NCBI RefSeq assembly: GCF_009914755.1
Contig: NC_060939.1
Reading direction: 5' to 3' (one strand)
From: the human T2T-CHM13v2.0 reference genome, Homo sapiens
Length of the DNA: 64,000 nt
Positions 18,965-33,779 of this stretch are shown here, one piece after another (the stretch's first letter is position 1; each line of letters begins with the position of its first letter). A program made the position numbers and the translations under genes. The notes under the pieces are model-generated. The model worked only from the letters and a program-made list of their open reading frames with translations, was not told the origin of the DNA and made no database searches.

Positions 18965-20205
18965 TAAATAAATTATAAGTTTAAGAAATAAGAGAAATTA
19001 GAAAACACTTAGAGACAAATGAAAATGAAAACACAACATACCAAAACTTATAGGATGCAATAAAGGCAGTACTCAGAGGGAAATGTATAGCTGTAAATGC
19101 CTACATAAAAAAAAAGAAAATATATCTCAAATCAATAAACTAACTTCATACGTTAAGGCTCAAGAAAAAGAAGAGCAAACTAAACCAAAAGCTAACACAA
19201 AGAGGGAAACAAAGATCAGAGTAGAAATAAATAAAAATAGATCATGGAAAAACAATAGTGAGATCAATGAAACCAAAAGTTAGTTTATTGAAAAAAATCA
19301 ATTTTGACAAACCTTTAGCTTGACTGACACACACATACACATGAATATGCAAATAATCAAAATCAGAAATGAAAGCAGGTACATTATTTCTGAACAAACA
19401 GTAATAAAAAGCATTATAAAAGAATCCTATGAACAATTATACACCAAAAATTGGATAACCTAGATGAAATGGACAAATACCTAGAAACACATAAATTACA
19501 TAAATTGACTCAAAAAAGGAATTGAAAGTCTTACCAGACATATAACAAGTAACATCCTTTAATCAAAACTTCTCAACAAAGAAAAGCCTAGAACCAGATG
19601 GATTCACTGGTGAAGTCTTCTAAAGATTTAAAGAAAAATTAGTATCAATCTTTCTCAAACACTTCCAAAAAAATTCAAAGAGGAGGGAATACTTCCTAAC
19701 TTATTCAGATGCCAGCATTACCCTATAACAAAGGTATATTAAGACATAAAAAAGAAAAAAATAAAAATCAATATCGCTTATGAATATCAATACAAACATC
19801 TTCAACAAAACACTAGCAAACCAAATACAGCACATTATATATCATGACCAAGTGGAATTTGTAACAGGAATGCAAAAGTTGTTCAACATAAGAAAATCAA
19901 ATTAATGTAACACATCACATTAGTAGAATGATTATGTTAATCGGTACAGAAAAGGCATTTACAAAAGCCAACACTTTTTCATGATAAAAACTCTCAGAAT
20001 TAAAAACAGAACTTTATTTAACAATTCTTAGAAAACTAGGAATAGAGGGAAGATTCTTCAGCATAATAAAGGCACTTATGAAAAGCCCACAGCTAACATC
20101 ATACTCAATGGTAATAGACTGAAAGTTTTTCCCATAATTTCACAAACAAGTCAAAAATGCCTGCTTTCACCAGTGCTATTCAACATTGTATTGGAAGTTT
20201 CTATC

Positions 20206-20505
20206 TTTTTGTTGTTGTTGTTGTTGTTTGCCAGGGTCTCACTCTGTTATACAGGCTGGAGTACAGTTGTACCATCATAGCTCACTGCAGCCTTGACCTC
20301 CTGGGCTGAAGCGACCCTCTCATCTCAGCCTCCTGAAGCTGAGACCACAGGCAAGTGCCACCACACCTGGGTTAATTTTTGTTTTTATAGAGACAGGGTT
20401 TTGCTATGTTGCTCAGGCTTGTCTCAAACCCCTGGGCTCAAGTGATCCACCTGCCTCTGCCTCCCAAAGTGTTGGGATTACAGGTGCGAGCCACTGCACC
20501 AGGCC
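20206..20505 (-). mobile_element. AluJ-like element
   Basis: Reverse dimer with (TTG)n tail. Confidence 0.9.
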
Positions 20506-21041
20506 TGTACTAGGAAGTTCTAGCCAGAGCAATTAGACAAGAAAAAGAAATAAAAGGCATTCAAACTGAAAAGGAAGTAAAACTATATTCACAGACAATA
20601 TGATCTTATACACAGAAAATCCCAAAGAATGTAAGGCAACTCCTAGAGCAAATAAATGATTCAGCAAAATTTCAGGGTACAAGATCAACACACAAAAACT
20701 AGTTATGTTTCTATATACCAGTATTGAACAATCAGAAAAGGAAATTTTAAAAGCAATTCCATGTACACTATCATCTAAAAGCATGAAATATCTGGGAATA
20801 AATTTAACCAAGGAGTGAAAGACTTGTACACTGAAAATTACAAAACATTCCTGAAAGTCCTAAATAAAGAAAGGCCTAAATAAATGGAAAGACATCTTGT
20901 GTTAACGAATGGAAAGAATTAATATCAGTACTACCCACAGCCATCTACAGATTCAAGGCAACTTCTAACAAAATTTCAAAAGCCTTTTTTGCAGAAATGG
21001 AAAATCTGATCTTCAATTCATATGAAATTGCAAGGAGCTTA

Positions 21042-22027
<986 letters not shown>

Positions 22028-22519
22028 GCTCAAACGGCCAAAAAAAAAAAATCTTGTAAAAGAACTTGAGGGGATTCACAGTTTCCAACTTCAAAACTTA
22101 TTACAAACCTACAGTAATCAAAACAGTGTGGTACTGGCATAAGGACAGATATATAGACCAATGGAATAGAACTGAGAGTTCAGAAATAAACTTGTACATC
22201 TGTGGCCAATTGACTTTTGACAAGGGTGCCAAGTCTGTTCAATGTGGAAAGAACAGTCCCTTCAACAAATCGTGCTGGGTTAACTGGAGTTCCACATGTA
22301 AAAGAATGAAGCTGGGCCTCTACCTCATACCATACACTAAAATTTTAAAAATGGATTAAAGACCTAAATATAAAAGCTAAAACTATAAAACTCTTAAAAG
22401 AAAACATGAGTAATTCTTCATGACCTTGGACTTGGCAATGAGTTCTTAGATATGACACCAAAAGTACAGGCAACAAAAGAAAAAATAGGCAAACTCAACT
22501 TCATCAAAATAAACTTATC

Positions 22520-23627
22520 TGTTGCGGGAAGTCAGGGACCCCAAATGGAGGGACCGGCTGAAGCCGTGGCAGAAGAACATAAATTGTGAAGATTTAATGG
22601 ACATTTATCAGTTCCCAAAATACTTTTATAATTTCTTATGCCTGTCTTTACTGCAATCTCTGAACATAAATTGTGAAGATTTCGTGGACATTTATCACTT
22701 CCCCAATCAATACTCTTATAATTTCTTACACCTGTCTTTAATCTTTCAATCCCATCATCTTTGTAAGCTGAGGATGTATGTTGCCTCAGGACCCTGTGAT
22801 GATTGTGTTAACTGTACAAATTGTTTGTAAAACATGTGTGTTTGAACAATATGAAATCTGATTGTAAAACATGGGTGTTTGAACAATATGAAATCAGGGC
22901 ACCCTGAAAAAGAACAGAATAGCAGCGATTTTCAGGCAACAAGGAAAGATAACCATAAGGTCTGACTGCCTGGGGGGTCAGGCAGAATAGAGCCATATTT
23001 TACTTCTTGCAGGGAGCCTATAGACAGATGTGTGAGTAGGAGAAATATTGCTGAATTCTTTTCCCAGCAAGGAATATTAATAATTGATAACCCTGGGAAG
23101 GAATGCATTCCCAGGGGTAGGTCTATAGACGGCCACGATGACAGTGTCTGTCTTATGTGATTGAGATAAGGGATGAAATACGCCCTGGTCTCCTGGAGTG
23201 CCCTCAGGCTTTCTAGGATTGGAAATTCCAGCCTGGTGAATTCTAGTCAGACCGGTTGTCTGCTCTTGAACTCTGTTTCCTGTTAAAATGTTTATCAAGA
23301 CAATGCGTGCACAGTGGGACACAGACCCTCATCAGTAATTCTAATTTTGCCTCCATCTTGTGATCTTTATGGCCCTTTGAATCATGTGATCCTTGTGACC
23401 TACTCCCTGTTTGTATACCCCTCCCCTTTCAAAATCCCTAATAAAAACTTGCTGGTTTTGCGGCTCAGGTTGACATCACAGAACCTGCCAATATGTGATG
23501 TCACCCCCAGAGGCCCAGCTGTAAAACTTCTCTTTGTACTCTTTCTCTTTATTTCTCAGATCAGCTGACACTTAGGGAAAACAGAAAAGAACCTATGTTG
23601 AAATACTGGGAGCTGGTTCCCCTGATA
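22520..23627 (+). mobile_element. MER11 solo LTR (HERV-K11/HML-8)
   Basis: Starts tgttgcgggaagtcagggacccc, carries the internal gaacataaattgtgaagattt repeats, and ends ggttcccctgata; ~1.1 kb. Confidence 0.9.
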
Positions 23628-24699
23628 GCTATCAAAGAACACTATCAACAGCGTTAAAGGCAACACACAGAGTGAGAGAAAATACTTGCAAGTCACATAT
23701 TTCATAAGGGATTAACATCCAGAATATATAAAGAACTCCTACAACTCAAGAAAACAAACCACTTGATTCAAAAATGGGCAAAGGATTTGAATGGACATTT
23801 CTCCAAAGACGACACACAAATGGTCAATAAGCACATGAAAAGATGCTCAACATCACTAACCATTAGGGAAATGCAAGTCAAAAACACAGCGAAATATCTT
23901 CACTTCACACCCATTAGGATAAGTACTATTTTTTTAATGGAAAATAACATGTTGGCAAGGATGTGGAAAAAATCAGAAGTCTTGCACATTGCTGGTGAGA
24001 ATGTAAAATGGTGCAGCTCCTGTGGAAGATATTATGCATGGTATTTCCTCAAAAACTTAAACAGAATTACTAGATGACCCAGCAATTCCACTTCTGGGAA
24101 TATAACCCAGAAAATTACAAAACATTATTGAAAGTCCTAAATAAAGAAAGGCCTAAATAAATAGAAAGACATCTTGTGCTAATGAATGGTTAGCAAAGCA
24201 ATGATTCCAACAGATATTTGTACACTCATGTTTACAGCAGCATTATTCATAATAGCCCAAAGATAGAAACAACCCACATGTCCTTCAACAGATGAATGGA
24301 TAAACAAAATGTGGTATATACACACAACAGAACATTATTCAGCCACAAAAGGAATATAATTTTGCTATATGCTACAATAAGGATGGACCTTGAAAATATT
24401 ACGCTTAGTGAAAGCAGCCAGGCATAGGAGGACAAATATTGATGATTTCACTTATATGAGGTACCTAGAAAAGGCAAATTCATAGAGACAGAAAATGGAA
24501 CTGAAGTTACTTGGGGTTTGGGGAAAGGGGGAATGGGGAGTTATTTAATGAGTGCAGAGTTTTTATTGGGGATGATGAAAAAGTTTTTTGAGTACACACA
24601 ATGATCATACATAACATGAATGCATTTAACATCACTGAATTGTACACTTATGGGTGGTTAAAATGATAAATATTAAATTTTATCACACTTTAAAAACAA

Positions 24700-25722
24700 C
24701 ACTTTACCAAATTTCATAGAATTGATGATAGTTAAATGAGAGGAAATGAAGTTCACTTCCATTATCCATAACATAGATATTTTCCACAAGGCATCTGATG
24801 AATAATATAATGACAACCATGAGTTTTAAACACTACATTTTTGCCAGCTTTGGAATTTCTCCAAATGAGCCTTTTTGTGCTCCACACATACTTTTGCTAC
24901 AACCATCTGTACCAGAGCTCAGCAGATTCCCACCTCAGGTTACACCGAATTAGTGATTTCTAGTCTTCTTTAAAAATATTCTTACCTATAGTTGTTCTAT
25001 GTAGATTACTCATAAAGCCAAATTCTCAGTCTCTTCAAACTTGGCATTGACACTTTGAGCAGTACTGGTAACATCTCTTGACTCATCAAAAGCCAAGGAA
25101 AACCACTCAAAATCATTTCCCTTCCTTCTTTCTGTTGGTAAATTAGAGACAGGGTCTCACTCTGTTACCGATGCTGGAGTGCAGTGGAGCCATCATAGCT
25201 TACCGCAGCCTTGAACTCCTGGGCTCAAATGATCCTTCCACCTCAGCCTCTCAAGTAGCTGGGACTTTAAAATTAGTGTGCCACCACACATGGCTAATTT
25301 TTTTTTTTTTTAACTTTTAGTAGAGACAGATCCTCGTTATGTTGCCCAGGCTGGTCTTGAACTCCTAGCCTCAAGCAATCCTCCTGCCTCGGCCTCCCAA
25401 AGTGCTGAGCCACCATGCCTTACATTTCTAAATGTTTAAAAGATGAAGAAGAATATGGCCAGTGAAAATTCAAATTTCAGTGCCCATAACGTTTTATTGG
25501 AACACAGCCATATTGAAACACACCCTAGCACCACTGCTCTCCAGCCTGGGTGACAAGGTGAGACCTTGTCTCAAAAAAAAAAAAAAAAAAAAAAAGTAAA
25601 AGACATTTTTATACACCTGCTGGAGGGTGGTCTTAAAAATAATAAAAACTAACATTAAAAAGCCATTTTTAGTTTCTGGCTCACACACAAACAAGCAGCT
25701 GGCTATCATTTGCCAAACTCTG
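24700..25722 (-). mobile_element. hAT-Charlie DNA transposon remnant (Cheshire/MER58-like), interrupted by Alus
   Basis: Minus strand near 25060-25120 translates to NDFEWFSLAFDESRDVTSTAQ (hAT transposase SLALDESTD motif); MER58-like 'ttttattggaacacagccat' and terminal 'tttgccaaactctg'. Confidence 0.6.
25146..25420 (-). mobile_element. AluJ-like element
   Basis: Reverse dimer. Confidence 0.9.
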
Positions 25723-26358
25723 CAGTTGAAGAGAGAAAATAAGCATTATTCATATTTCTCACAAGTTCTAATGGGAAAAAGAGACAACCTCAAGTAAAGA
25801 GGAAGGAAGGGAGGAAGAACTCCGAATGCTGGTTCTTTGAAACTATCGGTAAAATAGTCAAACACATGACATGTTTAATTCAGAAAATGAAGACTATTAA
25901 ATATGAGACATAATAGATTTGGAATCTTCCTAGTTACAAGGGAAAACTATGCATAATTACATACTAATAAAATGGAAAATATTGATGACATAGGCAATAC
26001 AGGAAACATATATGAATTTACAGATATGGGGGGAAATGTGTGCTTCAGTGAAACACTATGCACTGACTGATAAGAGCAATAACCCGGGTTCTGATTCAGA
26101 TTCTACAAGGGCTCTGAACCTTCCACTGCCTTCAAGCGATTTTGCAACTTTGTAAGTTACAGATACCTGAGAGCATGCAGAAAATTCCTGTCTAGAGACT
26201 TGCAAATAAGATTGTTCCAATAGAGCTTCAGTTGACTTCCCCACTGTAGAAGGAAGAGGCTAGTTTTGTGTCCATTTATAAATTCCTCTCAATGTTACTT
26301 TACTCCAAATTAATTTGTCCTTCTTTGACTTCTCCTTTGAACTGATTATAACATCTCA

Positions 26359-26715
<357 letters not shown>

Positions 26716-26879
26716 TTATATAAGTATTTAACTTCTGTTAGTTGAAAATAACGAAGGAAGATATGGGAAAAAAGAATTACCTCCAAAAGTTTCTGAGGGC
26801 ACTTTCAATCTTCAGCAAGCACTGTATCCATGACACAGAAAGCAGAAGACAGCCTAGTTTATGCCAACAGCATTACTCC

Positions 26880-27420
26880 GACGCATAGAATTTGAGAGGA
26901 TACCCCCGAGGGTACCCGGCAGAGCACGGCACTGCCCGGAGAGCTCACTCGGAACACCTGTGCTGGGCCCGCCCCAAACTGAAACACAAATCACAGCCCC
27001 TGGGGGCGGGGGTGGGGGCGGGGCCTGACCATTTGCGTTTAATGAGATCCTCAGGTAGCTCTAATGAGCACTATGATTGGTCGTGTTTTAGAGGAAAGAA
27101 CCAAAGCCTAGAGAGGTTACCCAGCACAGCTGGAGCACTGTCACAGCTGCTTCCCGCAGTCCCCGTGCAGCCTCCCGTCCCTGCCCCTCCCTTACTTCGT
27201 ATCTAAGTTACCTAGGGCAGGTTTCCTAGGTGGGCGAGCTGGGAAGATGAAAATAATGACATCGCCCCCCAGTGGAGGAGTGTGGGAAGTATCACAGCAA
27301 GCTGCCCAGTTTTATTATTATTGGTAATTTTTCTCAGTTTGGGCTTTGTGTAAGCTCCCCCTTGTCTCAGCTCCCCGCCCCGCCATACTTACATAAAGCC
27401 CAATCCTTTCCTCACCATTA
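26880..27420. promoter_or_regulatory. Putative GC-box/CCAAT-box promoter-like island
   Basis: Local CpG enrichment; GGGGCGGGG x2 (27003-27023), ATTGG (~27076), CCCCGCCCCGCC (~27373), CCAAT (~27400). Confidence 0.4.
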
Positions 27421-27746
27421 ACATCAGACCTAGGGGAGGGGCTTCTTTATGCAGAGCTGTATTTAGAAGGTAAGAGTATTTGTTGAGAATGCTCTACCCC
27501 CCCTCCACATACAAATACAAACGTTTGCTGGGAATAAATAATCTCTTCCTTAGAGTAGAATACGAATAAATATAAAAGGAATGATGGATTTTGAATATCA
27601 ACAATAGATGCTAAAGCTAGTGGGCAAAAAGTTGATGAGGAACAGATATTTTGCCTCAAAATATCTGCTCACAATTACAAAGGGGAAAGTTTACAGTAGA
27701 GAAATTTGACAGATGTACCTTAATCCAAGGTGCTCAAAGTAAACAT

Positions 27747-27892
27747 CGGGAGGCTGAAGTGGGAGGATCACCTGAGCCTGAGAGGTCAAGGCTGCAGTGA
27801 GCTGTGATTGTGCCACTGCACTCCGGCCTGGGGGACAGAGTGAGACCCTGACTGTAAAAATAAAATAAAATAAATAAATAAATAAATAAATA
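27747..27892 (+). mobile_element. Alu right arm (FRAM/AluJ) with (TAAA)n tail
   Basis: Alu 3' arm match. Confidence 0.85.
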
Positions 27893-27936
27893 AATATATA
27901 TATATATATATATACGTATATATATATATGTATATA

Positions 27937-27986
<50 letters not shown>
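27893..27986. repeat. (TA)n microsatellite, interrupted
   Basis: About 94 bp of TA repeats with a few TG/CG variants. Confidence 0.95.
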
Positions 27987-27991
<5 letters not shown>

Positions 27992-28230
27992 GAGGAAAAG
28001 TTCTAGTGTCTTTAGCACTATACGGTGACAATTTATTATATATTTTCAAATCGCTAGAAGGGTGGATTTTGAATGCTCCCAGAACAAAGAAATGGTGAAT
28101 GCTTGAGGTGGTGGAGGCACTAATTGCCATGATTTGATCATTGCACATTGTATACATGTATAAAAATATTATACTACACCCCATAAATATGTACAACTGT
28201 TCTGTGTCAGTTAAAAATTATAATAAAAGC
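27987..28230 (+). mobile_element. L1MA-type 3' UTR fragment
   Basis: 'aagttctagtgtc..gatttgatcattgcacattgtatacatgtat..caccccataaatatgtacaa'. Confidence 0.7.
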
Positions 28231-28489
28231 AAAAAATCTACTCTTTTAGAAAATTTCAAGTATACATTATTAACTATAGTCATCATTCTGTACAACAGAT
28301 CTCCAGAACTTACTAACATTATATTTAATTCTGATCAAATTACTAGATACACAAAGTTACGAACAAAATGGTATCTGGAGCAAGAAATGCTCAGTAAAAC
28401 GAACAAAAAGAAAACGAGAAGAAAAGGACAAAATGGTGACAAAAGGCTTATATCAAAAACCATTTCTTGTGCCCTTTCCTTTCTTGCCT

Positions 28490-29650
28490 TTGAGTGCTAA
28501 TTCCCAGAGGCCATCACTTTAAACTCATTTTGCTACGTCATCTGGTATTTATAATCATATTTCTAAATAACGTTTATGTTGCCATTTCTTGATTTGTTTT
28601 CCTCAGTATCTGTTGACTTCCTGGCATAGCACAGTATAGGGATTTACCTCCCTTATGAGATCTTAACAATTTCCTTGCCTTCATTCTACCAATTTGATTG
28701 GATCACAATCTTATGAAATCAAAAATATTTACATTCTTGTAGACACCTAAATATTCTTCCCTCAGCCAAGTCCTGCACTAAAATCGTTTCATTTCTTTCT
28801 TCCCCTGGAGTTAATAATTGCTTCAGATATTTTCCCTTCATTTGCTTATATGTTTTTGTACCTACCTATTACCTACCTTTTTTTTTTCAGATGCTCCAAC
28901 TGATCTATCAAATGTCTAGTGATAATTATCCAAAAACTAAGAAACACTGGATACTGTATCAGCCCTATTATTTTCCTGGAGGCTTCCCTCTCTCCCTTGC
29001 CCTCCATCCTGCTCCAAACTGGACTCAGCTCTCTCAGCCTGTGGCACGACTGGCATCCTGGCATGTCTCTGCATCATCGTGTGAATTTCCTGCTGCCGCT
29101 TCTGTGTGCATCCTTCATCCTGCTCCAAACTGGACTCAGCTCTCTCAGCCTGTGGCACCACTGGCATCCTGGCATGTCTCTGCATCATCGTGTGAATTTC
29201 CTACTGCCGCTTCTGTGTGCATCTCCTGTTCCCTGGCCCCAGATCTTCTTTTTCCTTGGTTTATCCTCTCATTGTGTTGCAGCACATCTTCCAGTGGCTT
29301 CCTGAGACAGAGTGAATGGAAGCCAAGCTTTCTGACCCCATATATTTTAAAATGTCATTGTTCTACCTCAACTCCTGATTACTAGTTTGGCTGGATGCAA
29401 TGCTGTAGTTTAAACAGAACTTCTCCTCACATTGGGAAATATTGCTCTATTATTTTTATTTTCTAGTTCCCAGTGTTGTTGGGAAGAAGTCAGTGTCATG
29501 CAAAGTCTTGGCTCTTTACATACAACCTGTCTTTTCTCTCTGGAAGATTTTAGGAATTTCTCTCTATCCTTGGTTTTCTAGAATTTCTCAGTGATGTGCC
29601 TTATTGCAGGTCTTTCTTCATTCACTGTGCTAGTCACTTGGTAGATGCTT
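28490..29650 (-). mobile_element. Ancient L1M(E) remnant
   Basis: T-rich diverged antisense L1 ('tttctctctggaagattttagga..tgatgtgccttattgcaggtcttt'). Confidence 0.5.
29005..29223. repeat. Tandem duplication, 111-bp period, 2 copies
   Basis: 29005-29112 vs 29116-29223: 108 bp with 2 mismatches. Confidence 0.95.
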
Positions 29651-29652
29651 TT

Positions 29653-30267
29653 TGTTGGTGTAAGAGCTGAGGCAGGACTGGCTTGTCAGTCATAATATAA
29701 AAGAGTCTTGGAACATGTCCAGGGTCCAGGGTCCAGGTTCTAAAACCCCTCGTGGCCTTTGGAACACCAAGTTCTGTGCCAAAGGGTGGAAGGCTGCCCT
29801 GCCGCACCACAATCTAAGCCCAGGGCATAAAATCCCTTGTGGCTTTGATGGAATCCAGGGCTCAGGGCATAAAACCCCTCATAGCCTCTGGAGTGTGCAC
29901 AGACTTGTTGGTTGCTCTCCCAGGCTCAGAAACATGTTCCCCATTATCTCAAGCAGCAGAGCATATTCTATATGCATCAAAGAAAATGCAAAACCATCAC
30001 AGCTACACTTGATGCACCGGTACCTTTCTACCACCACGTCCCCACACCCTCACCTGTTTACCCCCACATCCACATGTCCTCACCACCTGCTTGCTTGTTT
30101 GATCACCAGTAAATAGTGTGGGCTCCCAGAGCTCAGGGCCTTCACAGCCTCCAATCTAGCATTGGCCCCCTGGACCCACTTTATGCACTCTTGTCTTTTC
30201 TCATTCCTTTGACCCCGCTGGACTTTGGAGCCTCCATGGCCTGGTGTTGGGCCTGATCACCCCAACA
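29653..30267 (+). mobile_element. LTR14-family (HERV-K14-related) solo LTR
   Basis: 'gtaagagctgaggcaggactggcttgtc', repeated 'cagggcataaaa(c/t)ccc', ends gatcaccccaaca; TSD ctttt. Confidence 0.75.
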
Positions 30268-30295
30268 CTTTTGAACTAGAAAATTATGTCCTTCT

Positions 30296-30602
30296 GGCTG
30301 GGTGTGGTGGCTCATGCCTGTTCCCAGCACTTTGGGAGGCCGAGGTGGCAGATCATAAGGTCAGGAGATTGAGACCATCCTGGCTAACATGGTGAAACCC
30401 CATCTCTACTAAAAATACAAAAAATTAGCCAGGTGTGGTGGCACGCACCTGTAGCCCCAGCTACTCAGGAGGCTGAGGCAGGAGAATCGCTTGAATCAGA
30501 GAGGCAGAGGTTACAGTGAGCCAAAATTGCGCCATTGCACTCCAGGCTGGGTGAAAGAGTGAGACTGCATCTCAAAAAAAAAAAAGAAAAAGAAAGAAAA
30601 TA
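30296..30602 (+). mobile_element. AluSc-like element
   Basis: Full dimer; TSD agaaaattatgtccttct. Confidence 0.95.
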
Positions 30603-31143
30603 AGAAAATTATGTCCTTCTATTGTGGGAAGCTACCAGCAGGTTCATGTGAGCTGGGTAATCTCATTCTTTTCTTCCAAGGACAGAGGTAACAAGGCCCT
30701 GGGAACCTTATAAGTGGATGGGGGGAAAGGGGGCCTGAGGTGAATCCAACAAAGCTGCAGCACCCACTGAGCTCATGTCCCAGGGCTAGGCTCTGCCTGA
30801 GGACAGGAGACATGGGTAAGACCCACTTCCTGCCCAGTCCCATGGTGGGGCTCAGGACACACATGGTCCAGGAGGCCCCCAGTTCCGGGCTGCATTTACA
30901 TGCACCTACCTGCATGTAGCATTCTGTTCGCCACAGGACAACTTAGGGGAAGGAGTAGCTCCACAGAGCAGGACAGGAGGGAGGTAAATAATCATGGGGT
31001 GGGGAGTGGCCTTGTGGGGAAGGGGCAAAGGCAGGGTTGTGTGTGTATGTGTATTGGGGGAAATGGGGAGAGCATCTGAAGTTTTATCTGCCCCCTTTTT
31101 CTGGCCACTGCACCCCTTTTTTCCTGAATAGTTTTTTCTTCCC

Positions 31144-31538
31144 ATTATGGACTGAATGTCTCTGACTCCTCCAAATTCACACTGAAGCCCTAATCCTCCG
31201 TGTTGCTGCATTTGGAGATAAGTCCTCTCAGGAAGTCATTAAGGTTAAATGAGGTCCTAAGTGTGGGGCCCTGATTCAGTAGGATTAGTGTCCTTATAAG
31301 ATGAGACGCCAGAGAGTGCACGCACTCTCTCTCCATGTGCATACAAAGAAGTGGTCATGTGAGCACACAATATGGCAGCCACCTACGGGACAAGAGAAGA
31401 GGCCTCAGAATGAAACCTACCTTGCTGGCACTTTGGTCTAGGATTTCCCAGCCTCCAGAACTGTGAGAAATAAATGTTTGTGATTTAAGCCACCCAGTCT
31501 GTGGTATTTTGGCATGGCACCCTGAAGTGACTAATACA
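31144..31538 (+). mobile_element. MLT1A-type MaLR LTR
   Basis: 'tatggactgaatgt..ggttaaatgaggtc..cagcctccagaactgtgagaaataaat..gactaataca'. Confidence 0.85.
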
Positions 31539-31559
31539 TCTCCCCGCCCTACTTCAACC

Positions 31560-31980
31560 ACATGACACTAGAGGGCTTGGCAGTTCTAGTGTCCCAGCTA
31601 CCCAGCCAATCCAGACCAGACCAAGCAGAAACTTTCTTCTGGAAGTTTCTGAATAGGAACTAATGGAGAGGAGCCCCATCCTTTCTTGCGGGAAAAGCCA
31701 GGAAGATGGAAGCCTCATGCTGCCAACAGCCTGATTCCAACCTTGTGAAGAAAGTTGCTCTGAGAGCACAAAACTGATCTGCGGACTGAGGTGGAGACAG
31801 AGACAAGGGAAGGAGCCTGCAAATCTTGACAGTGCTGGTGACTCTGAGTCCAGGTATTCCTGAGGCCCAGCTGTTCCCTGCCCTGCCCGTGGCTAACTTA
31901 CTGAGCAATGAACTTCCCTTCTTGCCTAAGCCAACTCGAGTGAATTTTCTGTCACTCACACCCAAAGAGCCCTGACTGCA
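31560..31980 (+). mobile_element. Old MaLR LTR (MLT1J/K-like)
   Basis: 3' end 'ttgcctaagccaactcgagtgaattttctgtcact..ccaaagagccctgact'. Confidence 0.55.
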
Positions 31981-33155
31981 ATGGCAGGGCATGGCAGGGC
32001 TGGGCTGGCCGGGGCAGAGGACAGTGTGGGTGGAATCAGCTGTGACACGCACACAGGAAGTACAGTTATCACGTGGACTCCATGAGGTCTTCCTCTGGCC
32101 CCAGCTGGGAGCAGGGCTGGGTTCATATGCTCAGTAGGTCAGAGTGAGGGATTTGGTCAGAGGTGCCATGCTCAAGGCCATCTTTCTATGGGCCAGGCTC
32201 TTCAGCATCAAAGGCTTTGCCATCAGAGATAGTTTTAGTCACATCTTGGGTTCACTTGATAATTGCTGTTCTCCTAGTTTCAGAATCTTCCAATTAGCCT
32301 TCCCCACATGGATGATAGGAAGCAATAGGCATCCTCGCCAGAAGCCCAGACCAAGAAAAGGGTTCCTGCCAGCCTGCCCAGGGTTCCAGAGGGCAGGACC
32401 AAGGGGTGGTGGGAGGACCCCAGCCTGGGCAGCTGTGACATGTACACCACTCTTGATCCATCTCCAGGAACTTTTCACCCCTCAAGGGTGGGCCCCCAGT
32501 GGGGCACACATGAGAAAGACAATGCCCATGTTTCCCACTAGCTCCCCCATCAAAATTGGTCATTGCACCAAGCTCCCTCCTCCATTAAAACTAGACAGAC
32601 CAAGAGTCACTTTCCTAATGGATGGGTCTTCTTGGTCCATCTCATGCTCCCAACAGAGCTCCCTCCTGGGATGGGAATGTGCTGTTCCGGGGCAACCATT
32701 TTGACCCAGCCTCCAGCCAAAGCCAGTTCCCCTGCCAAGCAGGACCTAGAGTTACACTGGAGGGTGACAGGCCTCATCTGGAAATTTCTTGCTGAAAATT
32801 ATCAGTTTCTCACACAAGTACACCCTGACAGTTTAATTCAAATTAAACCCAGAAGGAGACTGCTGCTTCAGTCTCAACTGCTATGTAGAGCTTCTGTGTG
32901 CTGGAAATTGTGCAGTCAGACACTGCAGATTGACTCAGTAGATACAGCAAGTCCACACATAGGGCGCCAACCAAGGATGAGCACGTACACACACCCACGT
33001 GCACACACCCACGTGCACATGCACAGCAGAAAATCTAGAAACAAACTGTCTTAATTTCAAGTGTCATGGAAGTTTTGTGTCATTTCCCCAAAAAACACAA
33101 ATTTTATTTTATGATTTAGTCTTGTTTTTATTTAGAATTACTTAAGGAAAAGGAG

Positions 33156-33535
33156 AGCTGAGTGTAGTGGCTCATACCTGTAATCCCAGCACTTTGGGAA
33201 GCTGAGGCAGGAGGATCACTTGAGCCCGGGAGTTTGAGACCAGGCTGGGCAACACGGTAAAACCCCGTTTTATCTATAAAAAATACAAAAATTAGCCAGA
33301 TGTGGTAGTGTGTGCCTGTGGTCCCAGCTACCCAGGAAACTGAGGTGGGAGGATCACTTGAGCCTGGGAGGCAGAGGTTTCAGTGAACTGAGATCATGTC
33401 ACTGCACTCCAGCCTGGGCGACAGAGTGAGATCCCATCTCAAAGAGAAAAAAAAAGAGAAAGAGAAAGGAAAAGAAAGAGGAGAGGAAAGGAGGGGAGGG
33501 AGAAGAGGAGAGGAATGGAGAGGAGAGTAGAGGAA
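33156..33535 (+). mobile_element. AluJ-like element with GA-rich low-complexity tail
   Basis: Dimer followed by a polypurine tract. Confidence 0.9.
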
Positions 33536-33779
33536 TGATATCTGCTATGGGAAAACTTAAGTGGATACATCTGAGAACTTTGAGCTTCCAGTTTCCACTG
33601 AATGCTCTGGTCTAAAAGAAGCAGCCCCCTTTCCTTGCTAAGAGAAGGGCAGCTGCCCCTTGCCTGGAGACTAGGCAAAGAGCCTCCAACAAGCCCTCAC
33701 AGCAGGATGAGGCATGTCATAATTGCTGCCCCACATTGACACCAGACTATGGTCATTCCTCATCATGGCCCAAGGTCAC

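Noticed and set aside
22570-22895. Direct repeats (gaacataaattgtgaagattt..; tgtaaaacatg..gaacaatatgaaatc) that look array-like
   Set aside because: Intrinsic to the MER11 LTR consensus; no unique spacers or cas genes, so not CRISPR
27734-28196. ORFs with (IY)n runs
   Set aside because: Translation of the (TA)n microsatellite
28891-29385. 164-aa ORF with an internal 37-aa repeat
   Set aside because: Explained by the 111-bp DNA duplication; no recognisable homology or splice context
32144-33054. 186-aa and 163-aa ORFs in unique sequence
   Set aside because: Non-ATG starts, no recognisable domain, no supporting exon structure
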